The position numbers were made by a program, and so were the translations under genes. A model generated the notes under the pieces. The model made no database searches. It was not told where the DNA came from and worked only from the letters and a program-made list of their open reading frames with translations. From a virus, in IMG/VR virus record IMGVR_UViG_3300045988_109352: a DNA stretch of 64,000 bases. One strand, 5' to 3'. Every line of letters starts with the position of its first letter. The first letter of the stretch is position 1. Below are positions 26,201-36,395 of this stretch, in pieces.

Positions 26201-27214
26201 TTCTCTTACTTTCAAGTCTTTTATTTCGCTATTACGATAGCCACAAACATTACAAAGCTGAGAGGATGGAAAAAACCTATCAATCTTAACTACATTTCTA
26301 CCATTCCAATTAGCCTTATATGTTAGCATAGTGACGAATGTCCCCCAACTTGCATCAGTAATTGATTTAGCAAGTTTATGGTTTCGTACCATACCTTTTA
26401 CATTAAGGTCTTCAATACAAATGGTATCGTAGTTAGAGATTAGAGAATGAGAACACTTATGCAAGTAGTCCATACGGCAAGCAGAAATCTTCTCGTGAAG
26501 TTTGGCGACTTTGAGCCTTTGGTTTTCGTACTCATTACTGCCTTTCTTTTTTCTTGAGAGGTGTTTCTGTGCTACTGCAAGTTTCTTCTCATATCTCTTT
26601 GTGTATCTATTATTCTTGAATACTTCACCATCAGATGTTATCAGTAGGTCTTTCAAACCTAAATCTACACCAACTGCTTTATTAGCAGGTGCAAGTTCTT
26701 GATACTCCTCTATTGTGAATACTGATACAAAATACTTTCCTGTTGGAGTTTTAGTTAGACTAACTTTGCCCATCTTACCTTTGATTTCTCTATGCAGACG
26801 GATAGTTATACCACTCTTGAATTTAGGTAGCCACAACTTACTATCTTCAATAGTTGCAAATTGGGGTACGGTAAATGTATTCTTACCTTTCTTTGAGTGA
26901 TAGTTAGGGAACTTCGCTCTCTTTTGGAAGAAATTAGTGTATGCAGTTTCAAGATTACGCAAAGCAAATTGAAGTGTTTGAGAGTTTACTTCTTTAAGCC
27001 AAGCGGTTTCTTCTTTTTTCTTTAATTCAGTTAAAGCCTTTGCCTGAGCATAGTAGTTATCACTCTCTCCTTCCTCTTTATATTGCTCTTGCCTTTGATT
27101 AAGGAAATAGTTATAGACAAAGCGAGTACAGCCGAAGTGCTTCGCCAACAATTCCATTTGGGAAGCATTTGGATATATCCTAAATCTGTATGTTCTATTT
27201 ATCGTCTTAATCAT
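26009..27214 (-). CDS. tnpB: TnpB RNA-guided endonuclease (canonical motifs)
   Basis: Start at [16 protein letters not shown]. Ruv[11 protein letters not shown], Ruv[14 protein letters not shown], zinc finger CNVCGY...[18 protein letters not shown] (RuvC-III). The 44-aa N-terminal ORF extension is rejected. Confidence 0.9.
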   Translation of the reverse strand: MIKTINRTYRFRIYPNASQMELLAKHFGCTRFVYNYFLNQRQEQYKEEGESDNYYAQAKALTELKKKEETAWLKEVNSQTLQFALRNLETAYTNFFQKRAKFPNYHSKKGKNTFTVPQFATIEDSKLWLPKFKSGITIRLHREIKGKMGKVSLTKTPTGKYFVSVFTIEEYQELAPANKAVGVDLGLKDLLITSDGEVFKNNRYTKRYEKKLAVAQKHLSRKKKGSNEYENQRLKVAKLHEKISACRMDYLHKCSHSLISNYDTICIEDLNVKGMVRNHKLAKSITDASWGTFVTMLTYKANWNGRNVVKIDRFFPSSQLCNVCGYRNSEIKDLKVREWGCPSCGTHHNRDVNAAINILKLGLNNISAGTADYTDGEDRRPNLLKGHSSVKSEAHESLVRG

Positions 27215-27292
27215 AGTGCAAATATACATATAAGTATTTACAAAAACAAGAAATGTTTTGTAAAAGTGAAATATTTTCGTTAATTTTGTAGT

Positions 27293-27697
27293 ATGAGGAG
27301 TGATTATGAGCATAGTAACCGACACAAATATTACTTGAAGTGTCATTTGATATTCTGTATTAAGTACAGAAAGAAGTTGCTCGTAGGCAAATTCAATGAT
27401 ACTATCAAATGTATTTTAAAGGGTATCGCAGAAAAGTCTGATTTTGATATTGAAATAATGGAGTCAGACAAAGACCACATCCATTTTCTCATCAACTATC
27501 CACCGAACATATCAGTAACATCTATTGTTAGAAAACTCAAGCAAGAGAGTACGATATTCGCTTGGAAACTATTTGAGAGTAAGTTGAGAAAAGAGTTTTG
27601 GGTTGAACGCACATTATGGAGTGATGGATATTTCTGTTGCTCAATAGGAGAAGCAAGTCCAGAAACAATTAGGAAATATATTGAACAACAAGGTTAG
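27293..27697 (+). CDS. tnpA: IS200/IS605 TnpA Y1 (HUH) transposase
   Basis: 134 aa. [14 protein letters not shown]-like core, HUH motif DHIHFLI, catalytic Tyr context [11 protein letters not shown]. Confidence 0.9.
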   Translation: MRSDYEHSNRHKYYLKCHLIFCIKYRKKLLVGKFNDTIKCILKGIAEKSDFDIEIMESDKDHIHFLINYPPNISVTSIVRKLKQESTIFAWKLFESKLRKEFWVERTLWSDGYFCCSIGEASPETIRKYIEQQG

Positions 27698-27725
27698 TGC
27701 CTTACATCCCATAGGCTAAAGACCT

Positions 27726-27932
27726 ATGGGTTTTCGGCACTTAAATATAAATGGATATAGTCAATGGGTAAGTAACTGTTTTAAAGATTATTATGTAATA
27801 CAATACGAACGTTTAATACCCGTATTATGGCGAGGTATTCAGCAAGTAGATAATGAGGTAGCTACCCTCAAAAAGAAGATAGCTACCTTAGAAAAAGAAC
27901 TTAGTTCTGTAAAGAGGCAACTAAGCCTTTAA
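27726..27932 (+). pseudogene. orphan C-terminal remnant of an S74-type tail-fiber chaperone domain
   Basis: YERLIPVLWRGIQQVDNEVATLKKKIATLEKEL follows the pattern of the last helix and coiled coil of intramolecular chaperone domains. No upstream coding partner. The first codons lie in the IS left-end hairpin. Converges on and overlaps the tail-fiber stop by 32 nt. Confidence 0.4.
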
Positions 27933-30900
27933 GCCTATTAATCTCTGATTTAGCATGTTCCAATTCCTTTCTCATTCGTTCTTGCTCTGATTCAACAAGA
28001 CGGATAGAAAGGATATTGGCTTGCACAGAACCAATGATTGTTGCGATAAGGTCGGGAGATAAATAATTCAAGCTACCATATCCATATTCATCCTTTTCGT
28101 GACAGAAATTTGTGATACCAGCTTTCACCGCATTTTGATATACAAGTCCGGTATGACGTTTATTGTCTATCCTATCTTGGTATAAATCCAATGCTTTTTT
28201 GTTATAATTATAGTCATAAACTCTGCCAAGTTTTAGTAGTCTTTCTCGGTAATCTATAAGCCCATCGTAATTCTCTTTTAATCTAAAGTCAGAAGTAGCT
28301 TTAGCGGTGATTGCAGCCGTAGCAGTAATACTTCCAGTAAAAGCCCATGTGATACCATCATATTGCATAACATACGATTTATTTGTAGCACTTGTCGGAT
28401 TAGCAGTACCTCTCCACCAATACCAAGACCCGTTTGAATGACAGCCAAGTCCCATTGTATAATTACCTCCAACGATTTCAATACTATCATCGCTCGTATT
28501 TGAGAACCTTGCTCCTACATTAAAAGAATTAGCACCACTTCCAGTTATTCCCGTACTATTTATCCAACCATGCAGGGTGCAATCTCCAAATTCCATATTT
28601 GCCCAAGATGAACCGCTTCCTGCCCGCCAATGCCATTTTTTAGGAACAGACCTACCGCCATAACTTGCACCTCTATAATTAACATGAAAATCAGTGCCTC
28701 CAGCTATAATAATCTCATTTCCACCGCTTGAAAGTTCCAAATAAGAACCATTTTGGGTTATAGTAGATGGATTCATATAAAGACCAGAATCAGCATAGAC
28801 CCAAGATTGAATATACGCATCTATAAATCTATTGTTAAATGAACCTATTCTGTAATTATTATTGCTTAACGGAAAGATATTACCAGAATACATTCCACCA
28901 TTAAAAGTTGCAGCCCCTCCAAAAGTACTTGTAGAACTTATGTCGAGATTATAACTATAAACACACTTCCATCTTAAATCAGTAGTTCCCGAAGTTATTG
29001 AATTACTAAGATGGGGCTTTATATTTTGATAATATGTATCTTCAATAAAAGATACATATGTAATTCCTCCTTGTGTTAGTGTTGTACTAAGACTACTATT
29101 AATCTCAGAGTTATTAATAACTTCTGCATTATTTCCATTTGCCTTAGTTTTATATTTTATACGGTATGGCAAAGTGATAGTTGATAATCCTCCTGCAATA
29201 GTTGAACGAATAACCCCTCTAAAATAATAACTATCCATTCTATTATCCCGATATGGGATTTCAATACAATAATACCAAATGTCATTATACTTACATTTTT
29301 TTAATACATATTGATTAGATAAAAAAGAGCTTATTGATTTTATATTCCAAAGAGTAGTATTATAAATAGTCGAAATCTTCACATCAACCCAAAAGCATTG
29401 ATTACCTCCATTTGTATATCCAGATATAGTACCATCTATAGTATTAAGACCGCCTAAATTAGTTGTAGCAGGAATAGGTAACAACAGCAATACTTCATAG
29501 CTATAACTTCCTACACCACCCCAAACTCTATGTTGAAAATGTTCATCTCCACATAGAAGCGAAAACTCTCCATTTAATCCAATTATATTTTTATTTACTA
29601 CTAATTCGGTTGATATAGTAGATGTATTGTTGTCCCATTTTTGCCACGGATTTGAATAAAGTCCAGCATAAGCATAAGAAATAGATTGTCCAGAACCATA
29701 AAAACCAAATTTTACTGGGGTAGAAGTCTTATTTATATTAGCACCAAATCCTCTCTCCCATCCTCCGGTTATAGAGCTACTAATATCTATATAAAATTCT
29801 CCCCATTGAGAAGATATACGTGCAGTTGTTTGCCCAGTACCTACGACTAAGTTTCCCGTCATAGTATCACCAGCCTTTTTGACGTAGGTAGAATTTAGGA
29901 TGCTACTGTAGTTCTCTGAATCAATGAGTTGTTTCCACGAACCAAAACTATATATATTATAGTCTTTATTGCGGTAATAAATATGTCCTTCTTTACCAGA
30001 AGAAAAATAAAGTTGAGGTTGCCAATGACTTGAAAGAGTACTACATATTTCCATGATATTACCATAAGTCGTAGGCATCGTACTCCCTAAGCTATAAATA
30101 TCAAAGAAGTTGACCCTACTACTTCCTGCTCTATTCGTATTATTTATATTATCTGCACTCGTATTTGCGACTTTGACACTTCCAGAAGCATAATTAGTGC
30201 TATTATTTGAATGTAGGATAGTCCAAGTATTATAGGTTAAGAAGTTATTCCCTATAATAAAACTATATTTCCCAGCAGCATCATTCCAAACTTCTGTGCT
30301 TCCCAATGGATTTAAGAATATACGTTGTACAGTATTTTGATACCCAATTTCGGCAATTCTTGTATCTGATGCGGTATTATTCCAAATGATACCTCTTCTA
30401 TAATTAGAAGTATCTGTTGCCATTCTAATAGAAAATTCAGCCGGATTTTTCAACTGTAATCTGCCAGTCATTTCATCGCCTGCCTTCTTCACATATACGC
30501 TGGATAAAGCGTTTATGTCTTTTTGAAGGGCATATGGGCTTCCATTTACACTTCGTACACTAATACTATCCCCTTTGCTTGCAATTGAACTGTTTACTTC
30601 TGAATTTACAACTGTACCAGTATTGGAAGTATAGTAATGCACTTTACTGAAATTAATGTTTAATTCTGAACCCATAAAGTACATACTAACAGCTTGTGTA
30701 TTTGTATGTCTTAAAGCCCACCATTTTTCACCATTATATGTACAAGTTACTAAAGACCAATCACTTCCTATTCCTGCTGTATCAAAATTGCCATAAAACT
30801 CATAATCAGAAGTAGACCATCTTGAAAAAAACAAGTCAATTTCTGCATATTGATAACGGGCAAGACCATTACTTTCGGTATATAATTTACCATTGATTCT

Positions 30901-33900
30901 ATGTAACATATTTATTTGCGCATCTCTCCATAATAAAATAACAACCCATTGGAAATCCGATTTATAACCTAAATATGTTATTTTAGATGGATTCAAATTT
31001 CCTGCGTGCCATATTTTATACCAAGTTCTGAAAGAACTTGCACCAACACCTCTAAAGTAAAAATCATCAGAATTATAGGCTGCTCTTAATTGGAATAACC
31101 TATTTGCCGCAGAACCAATGTTTAATACAGTATCATTAGCACCAGTAGTTCCATATGCAGTACCATTTGCCTCCCATACAGATGTCTTAGATGCTGTAAA
31201 TGTAGATACAGTATCTATCGCAGTAGAGGTTATTTGAGCATATCTCTCTAAATGGTTGGCGGTAGTAGCAATATTGCCTTTAGTTAATGTCAGTACTCGC
31301 GTACTATTGTCATAAGTAGCGTTGGTAAGGACATTTCCCGTTCCAGTAATAGTAGTGGAAGGGTAGTTTGGGAGCGTAATATACTTGCTTGTGTCTGGCG
31401 CATAAGTTTGGCTGTTAACTTTGATACCAGCAATGCCAGTACCTCCACCACCATTCTTTTCAAGTTCAGTAATTCTACTTGCCAACTTGTTGATAGTGTA
31501 TGCATTGAAAGTATCTGATAATGTTGAATCAGCGAATGTGCCACCTAAACTTGAATATCCATAAACGGTTTGGATAAGCCCACCGCCTCCTCCACCTCCA
31601 CTACCAGAACTGATACCTTTTGCAGATACAGCACCGCTTGCGTAGAAGTTAACAGCCGAGCCATCTTCTTTGTAGACTTTAATAGCATTATTGGCACTAT
31701 CCACTCCAATGCGATACCCAGTTGTTCCTATTTCGATGTAGTCGGAAACTGTCAATTTCTGCATTGGATATTGTGGTATCATGTAGCTAATAGTCTTCGG
31801 AGTTCCAGAACGATATACAATCTGGAATAGAGAAACATAGTCGCCAAGCTGATTTTCTTTGATGATGAATGATTGTGGGTCAGCATGGAAAACACCATCA
31901 GTCCCCCACCATACAGCACCACTTGCAAGGTAGCCAGAGCCATCCATACGAATGATAGCCTTTGCTACATCTGATGGCATGTTTGCTTCTGTATAATCTG
32001 CTCTATCCTTCATAGAACCTCCATACCAAGAAGCAATACCTCCACCGACCTTAGTAGCATCATAGACACCATTCATACCGGACATTACTTTAAATCCAGC
32101 TACCGGGTCAGTATATCCCAGCATGTTTAACGCATTCTGAATAACGCCACCTTCGATTGTGGTACTCTCTTTCCACGCTTTCTTTAGATATTCATAACCA
32201 GCCAAATCTTTTTTAACGGTATCTACTGCTGCCTTAGCTGCGTCACTGATGGCATTCAAAGCTGCCGTTCTTTGATTGTAGTATGCAGATTGCTTTGAAG
32301 CGAAGTCAGAAGGTATAGTTATATTTTCGGGAGTAGAAGCAGATAATGTAACCAACACTGCACGATAATTGCTATGAGCATTCAGATAACCCGTAGGGCT
32401 ACCCAATGAATACAAAGTATATCCTGCTGTAATATTTGTCTTGTCAGCGTCTATACGAACTATTTCATCTTTGATTGATTGCTTTTCAGTAGGAGATATA
32501 ACCCCATCTTCTGCCCACTTATCCAATCTTTGTTTAGCTGCTTCCGCTTCTGCTTTAGCTGCATCTGCCGCCTTTTGAGCCTCTTCCGCAGCTTTCTTCG
32601 CATCTTCTGCGGAAGTGTTTATTTTGTCTTGGATAAAGTTGTTGGCTGCATTCAAATAAGCTATAAAATCTCCATATTTGGTATTGAAGGTGTCGTACCT
32701 ACCATCTACCAAAGCGACTTCCGTTGAGGTAGCTACTCCGTCAGCTATGGCATCATCAATAGCAGTAATAAGCTCGGTAGTTGCCACATTAAATCCATCA
32801 TAAGCGGTTTTTAGTTCTACCTTAGCAGTACCGGACAATAAAGGATTAGCATAAACCTTAGAATAAGATTCCGCTACGCTCTTCTGTATTGATTTGATTG
32901 AGTTCAAATATTTCTCAATTGCGGCAGCTTCTTGTCTGTCAACAATACCGTCTTTAAAGGCTTCGTCTGTGAAGTCTTTCATATTGGTTACAGTCTGCTT
33001 TGCGTCATTGGCTTCTTTCTTAGCTTCTTCTGCTGCCTTTTGCGCTTTAGCTGCTTCAAGATAAGCCTTTGAAGTGTCATTGTCTGCAATCTGCGTCCAT
33101 CCCCATGTATCTCCCGTCTTTACCCATCTCCATGATTTTCCTGCATCGGGAGTAGTTTCATCATCGACATATTCTTGGATATTGGTAAATACATCACCTT
33201 CATGCCGTTTTTTCAAAGCTTCTGTGTTCCAATCAACTGCTGGCTGATTAGTAAGAGTTGGTGTATATTCTCCGTACCAAGTTTCCTTTACTCCATCTAT
33301 CTGGTCTTGAAAGCTGTTGAATGTTTCCTCAACGTCTTTGCCGGATTTAGTTACAAGTTTACCTTTTATCTCAACACCAGTTACCGTATCAAACTTCATA
33401 TAGCTGCTCTTATCTCTTGCTCCGATATAAGAGTTGCCATAGACGTTCATATAAGCGAGATTTGTGGTCTTATCAACACCATAGGACACATACTCTTTGT
33501 TGAGGTATGAATAGCTGTTTATGCCAGCATATAAAGTCATACTTGGCGAGAAAGTGTCAACTGCACTAAAGATAATTGCATTCTGTCTTGTCTTGTCCTC
33601 TACATGAGTAACACCATTTGCATCAACAAAGGTCTTATTACCTAATTGGCAAATGGTATCTCCTACTCGTGGTGCATCACTGGCTGCATCAGCATCAGTT
33701 TTTGAGATGTCAATGTAATTAGTTCCTACGTTTACGACTAAACGCCAGAAGTAATGATTTGACACATTCTCATAAACTCCCTCCTTAATATTGAAGTCTT
33801 GTGCTAAAGCCATATCCCCAGCGCGGAAACGATTATCTAACGCTTCTGTACCATCATCTTGATAGAAGTAACATCTCCAATAGTCCCAAACATTCTCGCC

Positions 33901-36027
33901 AGTCTTGTTACCTTCTTCGTCAAGTATATCATTTCTATCTTCTATCTTGATACATTCGATTGCACCACCGGGAGTAATCATTTGGCGACCTCCGATAACT
34001 CCGGTCTTGATAATCTCCAAAGCATAGAACATGGCTTTCATTCTTACTGTCAGATAATCAAGCTCTGCATGTGATTTTCCGTCTGTATCTGCATAGAATA
34101 TACCGCCCGTACTTCCGGTCACATAGCTACCGACTTTCAATCCACGCAAGAAAGTTATCATTCCTTGTGCGGTATCATCTTTAACTCTGCTGAGTTTTTT
34201 GTTCAGTTCGCCTACAATGTCAAGTCCATAAATAGCTTGTAACTGTGCTACTTGGCTTCCTAACTTGCTAAGTCCATCAGCTATCTGTCCTATCTGATTC
34301 AGTACAATAGACACTTCGTCCGTTAAGGTAATATTATAAGTAGGAAGGGGATTTGTACCATATTGGATTGACATTTCCTTTACGGATAATTCCATAGCGT
34401 CCTCATTGTCTTTATACAAGAATCTGACAATCGTATTAGGCTTAATCTGCGCAAGAATTGCTTGGTTTGTTTCCAAGAAGTGTTCGTCGAAGCTCAAAGG
34501 ATAGTCATACAAAGGCATATTATTTTCAAGCATATATCTTTTCATGGCAACGTCCAAACGTTCTTGTGCCTTGTCTATATATGCTTGTGGCATTTCAATG
34601 TGCAATATGACAAACTTGTCGCCAGTTTTAACTTGCTGGAACTTGCTTGGCATTATCGTACCAAATGTATCTAAGTCCTTTGTCAGTTTAATAGTAATAG
34701 CTTGGTCTGTACTGTCTGGATATTTAGCATAGTCCCTCTGTTCTCCATTTGGTTTGAATACAATGTTTCCAGCTTCATCAGTTACATAGAAGTTCTTTTT
34801 TACATCTTCCCAATCTACTGCTACCTCGTAGTTAGCTCCTAATGTGTCACCGGACTTCATGGAGAAGGTCATTCCACTTGTAACTGCTGCTTGTGCATAT
34901 AAGTCAAAGCCAAGAGGATAAAGCGTCACATCAAAATACGACTGTCTAACCTCTCCCGTTTCGGGGTCAATATAATCATCCCAGCCACCTTCCGGTACTA
35001 TTACTTCTTTGAACAAGTCAATAGCTTGTCCCTTGTATGTCATACCTTTAATAGTAGGTTGTATGCTGGAAAATTCTTGGATATGGAATACTGGTGCAAG
35101 AGGATTGATAGGAGTAGGATAGCTGCTATCTGCGTCATAGTAGTCAATAAGAGGGTCTTTAGAACCAAACAAGACTTTATTTCTAACAGCCTCTACATAT
35201 ACTGATGGCATTAACGTGTCACGAGTATATGGGTGCTCAATGCGATTTCCGTCTGCATCTGTAATTATAGGATAGCCATACGGAATATTAATGTTGCTAC
35301 CATATCCAGCAATACGAGTAATGACCTTATTATTCTTTGGTGTGCAATCATTGTTTTTCAGTCCTACACCTTGTCCGAATTTGAATATGTATGGCTTGTT
35401 TTCATTGTCAAGTATTTCCTTAGATGGCTTGCCAAACCAAATAGTATATCCATCAACTACAAATGGAACTTTCCATGTTTCGTATGCAGTCTTGCAAACG
35501 TCTGAAATAAATTGATTACTGAATGATAACACATCACTCATTGTCCCATCATCTACAAATGTTGGCTGTAACTTGCAAGTCCATTTAGTTCCGACAAGAC
35601 ATGAGTTGATTTTTTGAACGAACATGCTTAATGTACCAATCCACGAGAAAGTCCGTTTTTCGCTGCGATAACTTTCCTCACTGCTACTAATAGCAATGTC
35701 AGTAAAGGGAATGTTGTACAATTCAATCATTTCATGGTAGAAAGTACAACTATATTTAGTCATTCCCTTTGCCTCGCTGTTTTCCGAAGTCATTCCTTTT
35801 CTAACAACTACGGGAGGATTTTTAAGAATGTACTTTATTCCTTTATACTCTACATATTCTTGCAGAGTAAACGAAAGTGAATTGTCTTTATAATAAAACT
35901 CTCCTTCTATCTTGTCATTTAACGACATAACAATAGTTGAGAAAGTGTGTTTTCTCAAACTGATGTCGTGGAAGGGAGTGCCATCTTCATTGTATATATT
36001 CAGTATAGGGTTTACTTCGTTCGCCAT
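27901..36027 (-). CDS. giant tail protein/tail fiber (Tal-like N-terminus, repeated fiber modules, C-terminal S74 intramolecular chaperone)
   Basis: 2708 aa. Coiled Ala/Lys/Glu segments, poly-Gly linkers (SGSGGGGGGG), two YVKKAGD(E/T)MTG fiber motifs (about 30455-30500 and 29840-29890). C-terminal TSDFRLKEN motif (Ser codon 28291-28293) typical of Peptidase_S74. Confidence 0.85.
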   Translation of the reverse strand: MANEVNPILNIYNEDGTPFHDISLRKHTFSTIVMSLNDKIEGEFYYKDNSLSFTLQEYVEYKGIKYILKNPPVVVRKGMTSENSEAKGMTKYSCTFYHEMIELYNIPFTDIAISSSEESYRSEKRTFSWIGTLSMFVQKINSCLVGTKWTCKLQPTFVDDGTMSDVLSFSNQFISDVCKTAYETWKVPFVVDGYTIWFGKPSKEILDNENKPYIFKFGQGVGLKNNDCTPKNNKVITRIAGYGSNINIPYGYPIITDADGNRIEHPYTRDTLMPSVYVEAVRNKVLFGSKDPLIDYYDADSSYPTPINPLAPVFHIQEFSSIQPTIKGMTYKGQAIDLFKEVIVPEGGWDDYIDPETGEVRQSYFDVTLYPLGFDLYAQAAVTSGMTFSMKSGDTLGANYEVAVDWEDVKKNFYVTDEAGNIVFKPNGEQRDYAKYPDSTDQAITIKLTKDLDTFGTIMPSKFQQVKTGDKFVILHIEMPQAYIDKAQERLDVAMKRYMLENNMPLYDYPLSFDEHFLETNQAILAQIKPNTIVRFLYKDNEDAMELSVKEMSIQYGTNPLPTYNITLTDEVSIVLNQIGQIADGLSKLGSQVAQLQAIYGLDIVGELNKKLSRVKDDTAQGMITFLRGLKVGSYVTGSTGGIFYADTDGKSHAELDYLTVRMKAMFYALEIIKTGVIGGRQMITPGGAIECIKIEDRNDILDEEGNKTGENVWDYWRCYFYQDDGTEALDNRFRAGDMALAQDFNIKEGVYENVSNHYFWRLVVNVGTNYIDISKTDADAASDAPRVGDTICQLGNKTFVDANGVTHVEDKTRQNAIIFSAVDTFSPSMTLYAGINSYSYLNKEYVSYGVDKTTNLAYMNVYGNSYIGARDKSSYMKFDTVTGVEIKGKLVTKSGKDVEETFNSFQDQIDGVKETWYGEYTPTLTNQPAVDWNTEALKKRHEGDVFTNIQEYVDDETTPDAGKSWRWVKTGDTWGWTQIADNDTSKAYLEAAKAQKAAEEAKKEANDAKQTVTNMKDFTDEAFKDGIVDRQEAAAIEKYLNSIKSIQKSVAESYSKVYANPLLSGTAKVELKTAYDGFNVATTELITAIDDAIADGVATSTEVALVDGRYDTFNTKYGDFIAYLNAANNFIQDKINTSAEDAKKAAEEAQKAADAAKAEAEAAKQRLDKWAEDGVISPTEKQSIKDEIVRIDADKTNITAGYTLYSLGSPTGYLNAHSNYRAVLVTLSASTPENITIPSDFASKQSAYYNQRTAALNAISDAAKAAVDTVKKDLAGYEYLKKAWKESTTIEGGVIQNALNMLGYTDPVAGFKVMSGMNGVYDATKVGGGIASWYGGSMKDRADYTEANMPSDVAKAIIRMDGSGYLASGAVWWGTDGVFHADPQSFIIKENQLGDYVSLFQIVYRSGTPKTISYMIPQYPMQKLTVSDYIEIGTTGYRIGVDSANNAIKVYKEDGSAVNFYASGAVSAKGISSGSGGGGGGGLIQTVYGYSSLGGTFADSTLSDTFNAYTINKLASRITELEKNGGGGTGIAGIKVNSQTYAPDTSKYITLPNYPSTTITGTGNVLTNATYDNSTRVLTLTKGNIATTANHLERYAQITSTAIDTVSTFTASKTSVWEANGTAYGTTGANDTVLNIGSAANRLFQLRAAYNSDDFYFRGVGASSFRTWYKIWHAGNLNPSKITYLGYKSDFQWVVILLWRDAQINMLHRINGKLYTESNGLARYQYAEIDLFFSRWSTSDYEFYGNFDTAGIGSDWSLVTCTYNGEKWWALRHTNTQAVSMYFMGSELNINFSKVHYYTSNTGTVVNSEVNSSIASKGDSISVRSVNGSPYALQKDINALSSVYVKKAGDEMTGRLQLKNPAEFSIRMATDTSNYRRGIIWNNTASDTRIAEIGYQNTVQRIFLNPLGSTEVWNDAAGKYSFIIGNNFLTYNTWTILHSNNSTNYASGSVKVANTSADNINNTNRAGSSRVNFFDIYSLGSTMPTTYGNIMEICSTLSSHWQPQLYFSSGKEGHIYYRNKDYNIYSFGSWKQLIDSENYSSILNSTYVKKAGDTMTGNLVVGTGQTTARISSQWGEFYIDISSSITGGWERGFGANINKTSTPVKFGFYGSGQSISYAYAGLYSNPWQKWDNNTSTISTELVVNKNIIGLNGEFSLLCGDEHFQHRVWGGVGSYSYEVLLLLPIPATTNLGGLNTIDGTISGYTNGGNQCFWVDVKISTIYNTTLWNIKSISSFLSNQYVLKKCKYNDIWYYCIEIPYRDNRMDSYYFRGVIRSTIAGGLSTITLPYRIKYKTKANGNNAEVINNSEINSSLSTTLTQGGITYVSFIEDTYYQNIKPHLSNSITSGTTDLRWKCVYSYNLDISSTSTFGGAATFNGGMYSGNIFPLSNNNYRIGSFNNRFIDAYIQSWVYADSGLYMNPSTITQNGSYLELSSGGNEIIIAGGTDFHVNYRGASYGGRSVPKKWHWRAGSGSSWANMEFGDCTLHGWINSTGITGSGANSFNVGARFSNTSDDSIEIVGGNYTMGLGCHSNGSWYWWRGTANPTSATNKSYVMQYDGITWAFTGSITATAAITAKATSDFRLKENYDGLIDYRERLLKLGRVYDYNYNKKALDLYQDRIDNKRHTGLVYQNAVKAGITNFCHEKDEYGYGSLNYLSPDLIATIIGSVQANILSIRLVESEQERMRKELEHAKSEINRLKGLVASLQN

Positions 36028-36395
36028 TTTACGTAGTATTTAATTCCGATTATTCCTATGATTGCTGCATTAATTAGTAAAAGCCACCAGCACCATGATG
36101 GAACATGCTTCTTAATGACTTCTTTCTCCTTAATGACTTCTTTCTCTTGATATATAGTATCATTCTGTATGACTGTTCTGTCTATGTACTTGATTTTTTC
36201 AATATACTTAGTATTAAAAACAGTATCTCCTTTTTGAATAACAGAAAAATAGATACTATCTCTTGTGTGTACTGTTAAAGTGTCATGCCGTTCTTTGATA
36301 ATCTCTTTTATTTCCGTATTTTTCTCCAAGTCCTTTGCAGTTCGGCATGAAAACAAAAGAGGCAAAAGGATTATTAGGAGAAGAGCCTTTTTCAT
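36012..36395 (-). CDS. unimolecular spanin candidate (lipoprotein signal plus C-terminal TM)
   Basis: MKKALLLIILLPLLFSC lipobox and C-terminal WCWWLLLINAAIIGIIGIKYYV. Directly downstream of the endolysin. Confidence 0.5.
   Translation of the reverse strand: MKKALLLIILLPLLFSCRTAKDLEKNTEIKEIIKERHDTLTVHTRDSIYFSVIQKGDTVFNTKYIEKIKYIDRTVIQNDTIYQEKEVIKEKEVIKKHVPSWCWWLLLINAAIIGIIGIKYYVKWRTK

Larger units (their letters stand above)
25995..27750 (-). mobile_element. complete IS200/IS605-family element (divergent tnpA and tnpB); ends approximate
   Basis: Matching subterminal hairpins lie on the same strand with an identical loop. RE is GTGAA..CCCACGAA-TCTTTAG-TTCGTGGG..TTCAC (26004-26047). LE is GTGCC..CCCATAGG-TCTTTAG-CCTATGGG..GGCAC (27697-27740), both read on the minus strand. 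Confidence 0.8.

Noticed and set aside
26009-27346. 445-aa version of tnpB starting at 27346
   Set aside because: The first 44 codons are hydrophobic junk that overlaps the tnpA start and the divergent promoter region. The conserved TnpB N-terminus begins at [16 protein letters not shown] (27214).
27803-27812. Exact match (minus strand AAACGTTCGT) to the ARACGTWCGT core that I recall for Bacteroides Mpi-type invertase sites, inside the fiber-remnant ORF
   Set aside because: It is a single copy with no inverted partner found by eye. About 0.5 such matches are expected by chance in 128 kb of two-strand sequence. The 12-mer shared with 3769-3780 is also within chance expectation.
28278-35515. 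Many 60-110 aa ORFs nested inside or antisense to the 2708-aa fiber gene, and likewise inside the tape measure, TerL, portal and capsid genes
   Set aside because: They are fully embedded in long, well-supported ORFs. Their low-complexity or hydrophobic translations are typical of off-frame reading.
27901-36027. Diversity-generating retroelement targeting the fiber
   Set aside because: No ORF in the window carries a reverse-transcriptase motif, and I saw no template/variable repeat pair. This cannot be excluded for sequence outside the window.
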